DNA of 6,587 nt from the NCBI RefSeq assembly GCF_006345805.1, contig NW_021829316.1, positions 1 through 6,587 on the forward strand, given 5' to 3'. Below, one piece after another: positions 6,372 to 6,587 of this stretch. The position numbers and the translations under genes are program-made. Each line of letters begins with the position of its first letter. Position 1 is the stretch's first letter. The notes beneath the pieces are model-generated. The model was not told the origin of the DNA. It made no database searches and saw only the letters and a program-made list of their open reading frames with translations. This DNA comes from Octopus sinensis (Eukaryota).

Positions 6372-6587
6372 TCCCGCTCAGCCAAAATGTCGCGCCGCGA
6401 GATTGATCCCGAGATGTCGTAAATTGCAAAGCGAAATTCTTAACTTCAGAATAAACACGGAGTGTTCAAGGTTAACATGCCTTTTATCATAGATCTGCTC
6501 GATTAGAAGCTGACCTGAACCAAAAAAAAACCAAACAACAACAATAGCAGCAACACATCTGTGTATGACCTCCATTAGAGCGAGCTG

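Larger units (their letters stand above)
5522..6454 (-). repeat. Head-to-tail array of three ~142-153-bp SINE-derived units; unit 3 is interrupted by a SINE dimer and an A-rich expansion
   Basis: Unit starts AAGCTTCCAA (5522, 5664) and AAGTCTCCAA (5817). Shared motifs CTCTTAACTAC (5646, 5799) and TTCTTAACT (6437), and GATC/TGATC cores at 5611, 5764 and 6401. The reverse complement (GTAGTTAAGAGGTTTACTTTACAA...CCCGCTGCGTGACATCTTGAGCAAGT) aligns with the SINE at 2709-2781. Confidence 0.75.

Noticed and set aside
5522-6454. CRISPR-like array (palindromic repeats at regular spacing)
   Set aside because: The context is eukaryotic, the sequences between palindromes are homologous to each other rather than unique spacers, and no cas genes are present.
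5900-6575. ORFs 5900-6112 (+) and 6378-6575 (-)
   Set aside because: They lie wholly or partly in SINE-derived sequence, are short, and have no recognisable domain.

Overview
AT-rich, non-coding eukaryotic DNA made largely of small mobile elements and microsatellites. I recognise the SINE/MITE set from memory as cephalopod (Octopus-like); this is not database-verified. No protein-coding gene is supported, and most ORFs in the track are microsatellite or TE read-throughs. Supported directly by the sequence: (1) a 432-bp MITE (324-755) with 29-bp TIRs, a perfect 8-bp TSD and internal TTAGGG repeats; (2) two copies of a hAT-type MITE, one with a perfect 8-bp TSD; (3) several tRNA-derived SINEs, including a head+body+body dimer under one 13-bp TSD, inserted into a 3-unit tandem array that is itself SINE-derived; (4) a fold-back of two 137-bp arms (121/137 identical) around an (ATT)n tract. 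Each arm carries a minimal Penelope-type hammerhead-ribozyme motif, one with an intact core and one with a G8A change. The fold-back ribozyme pair is the most interesting element in the window.
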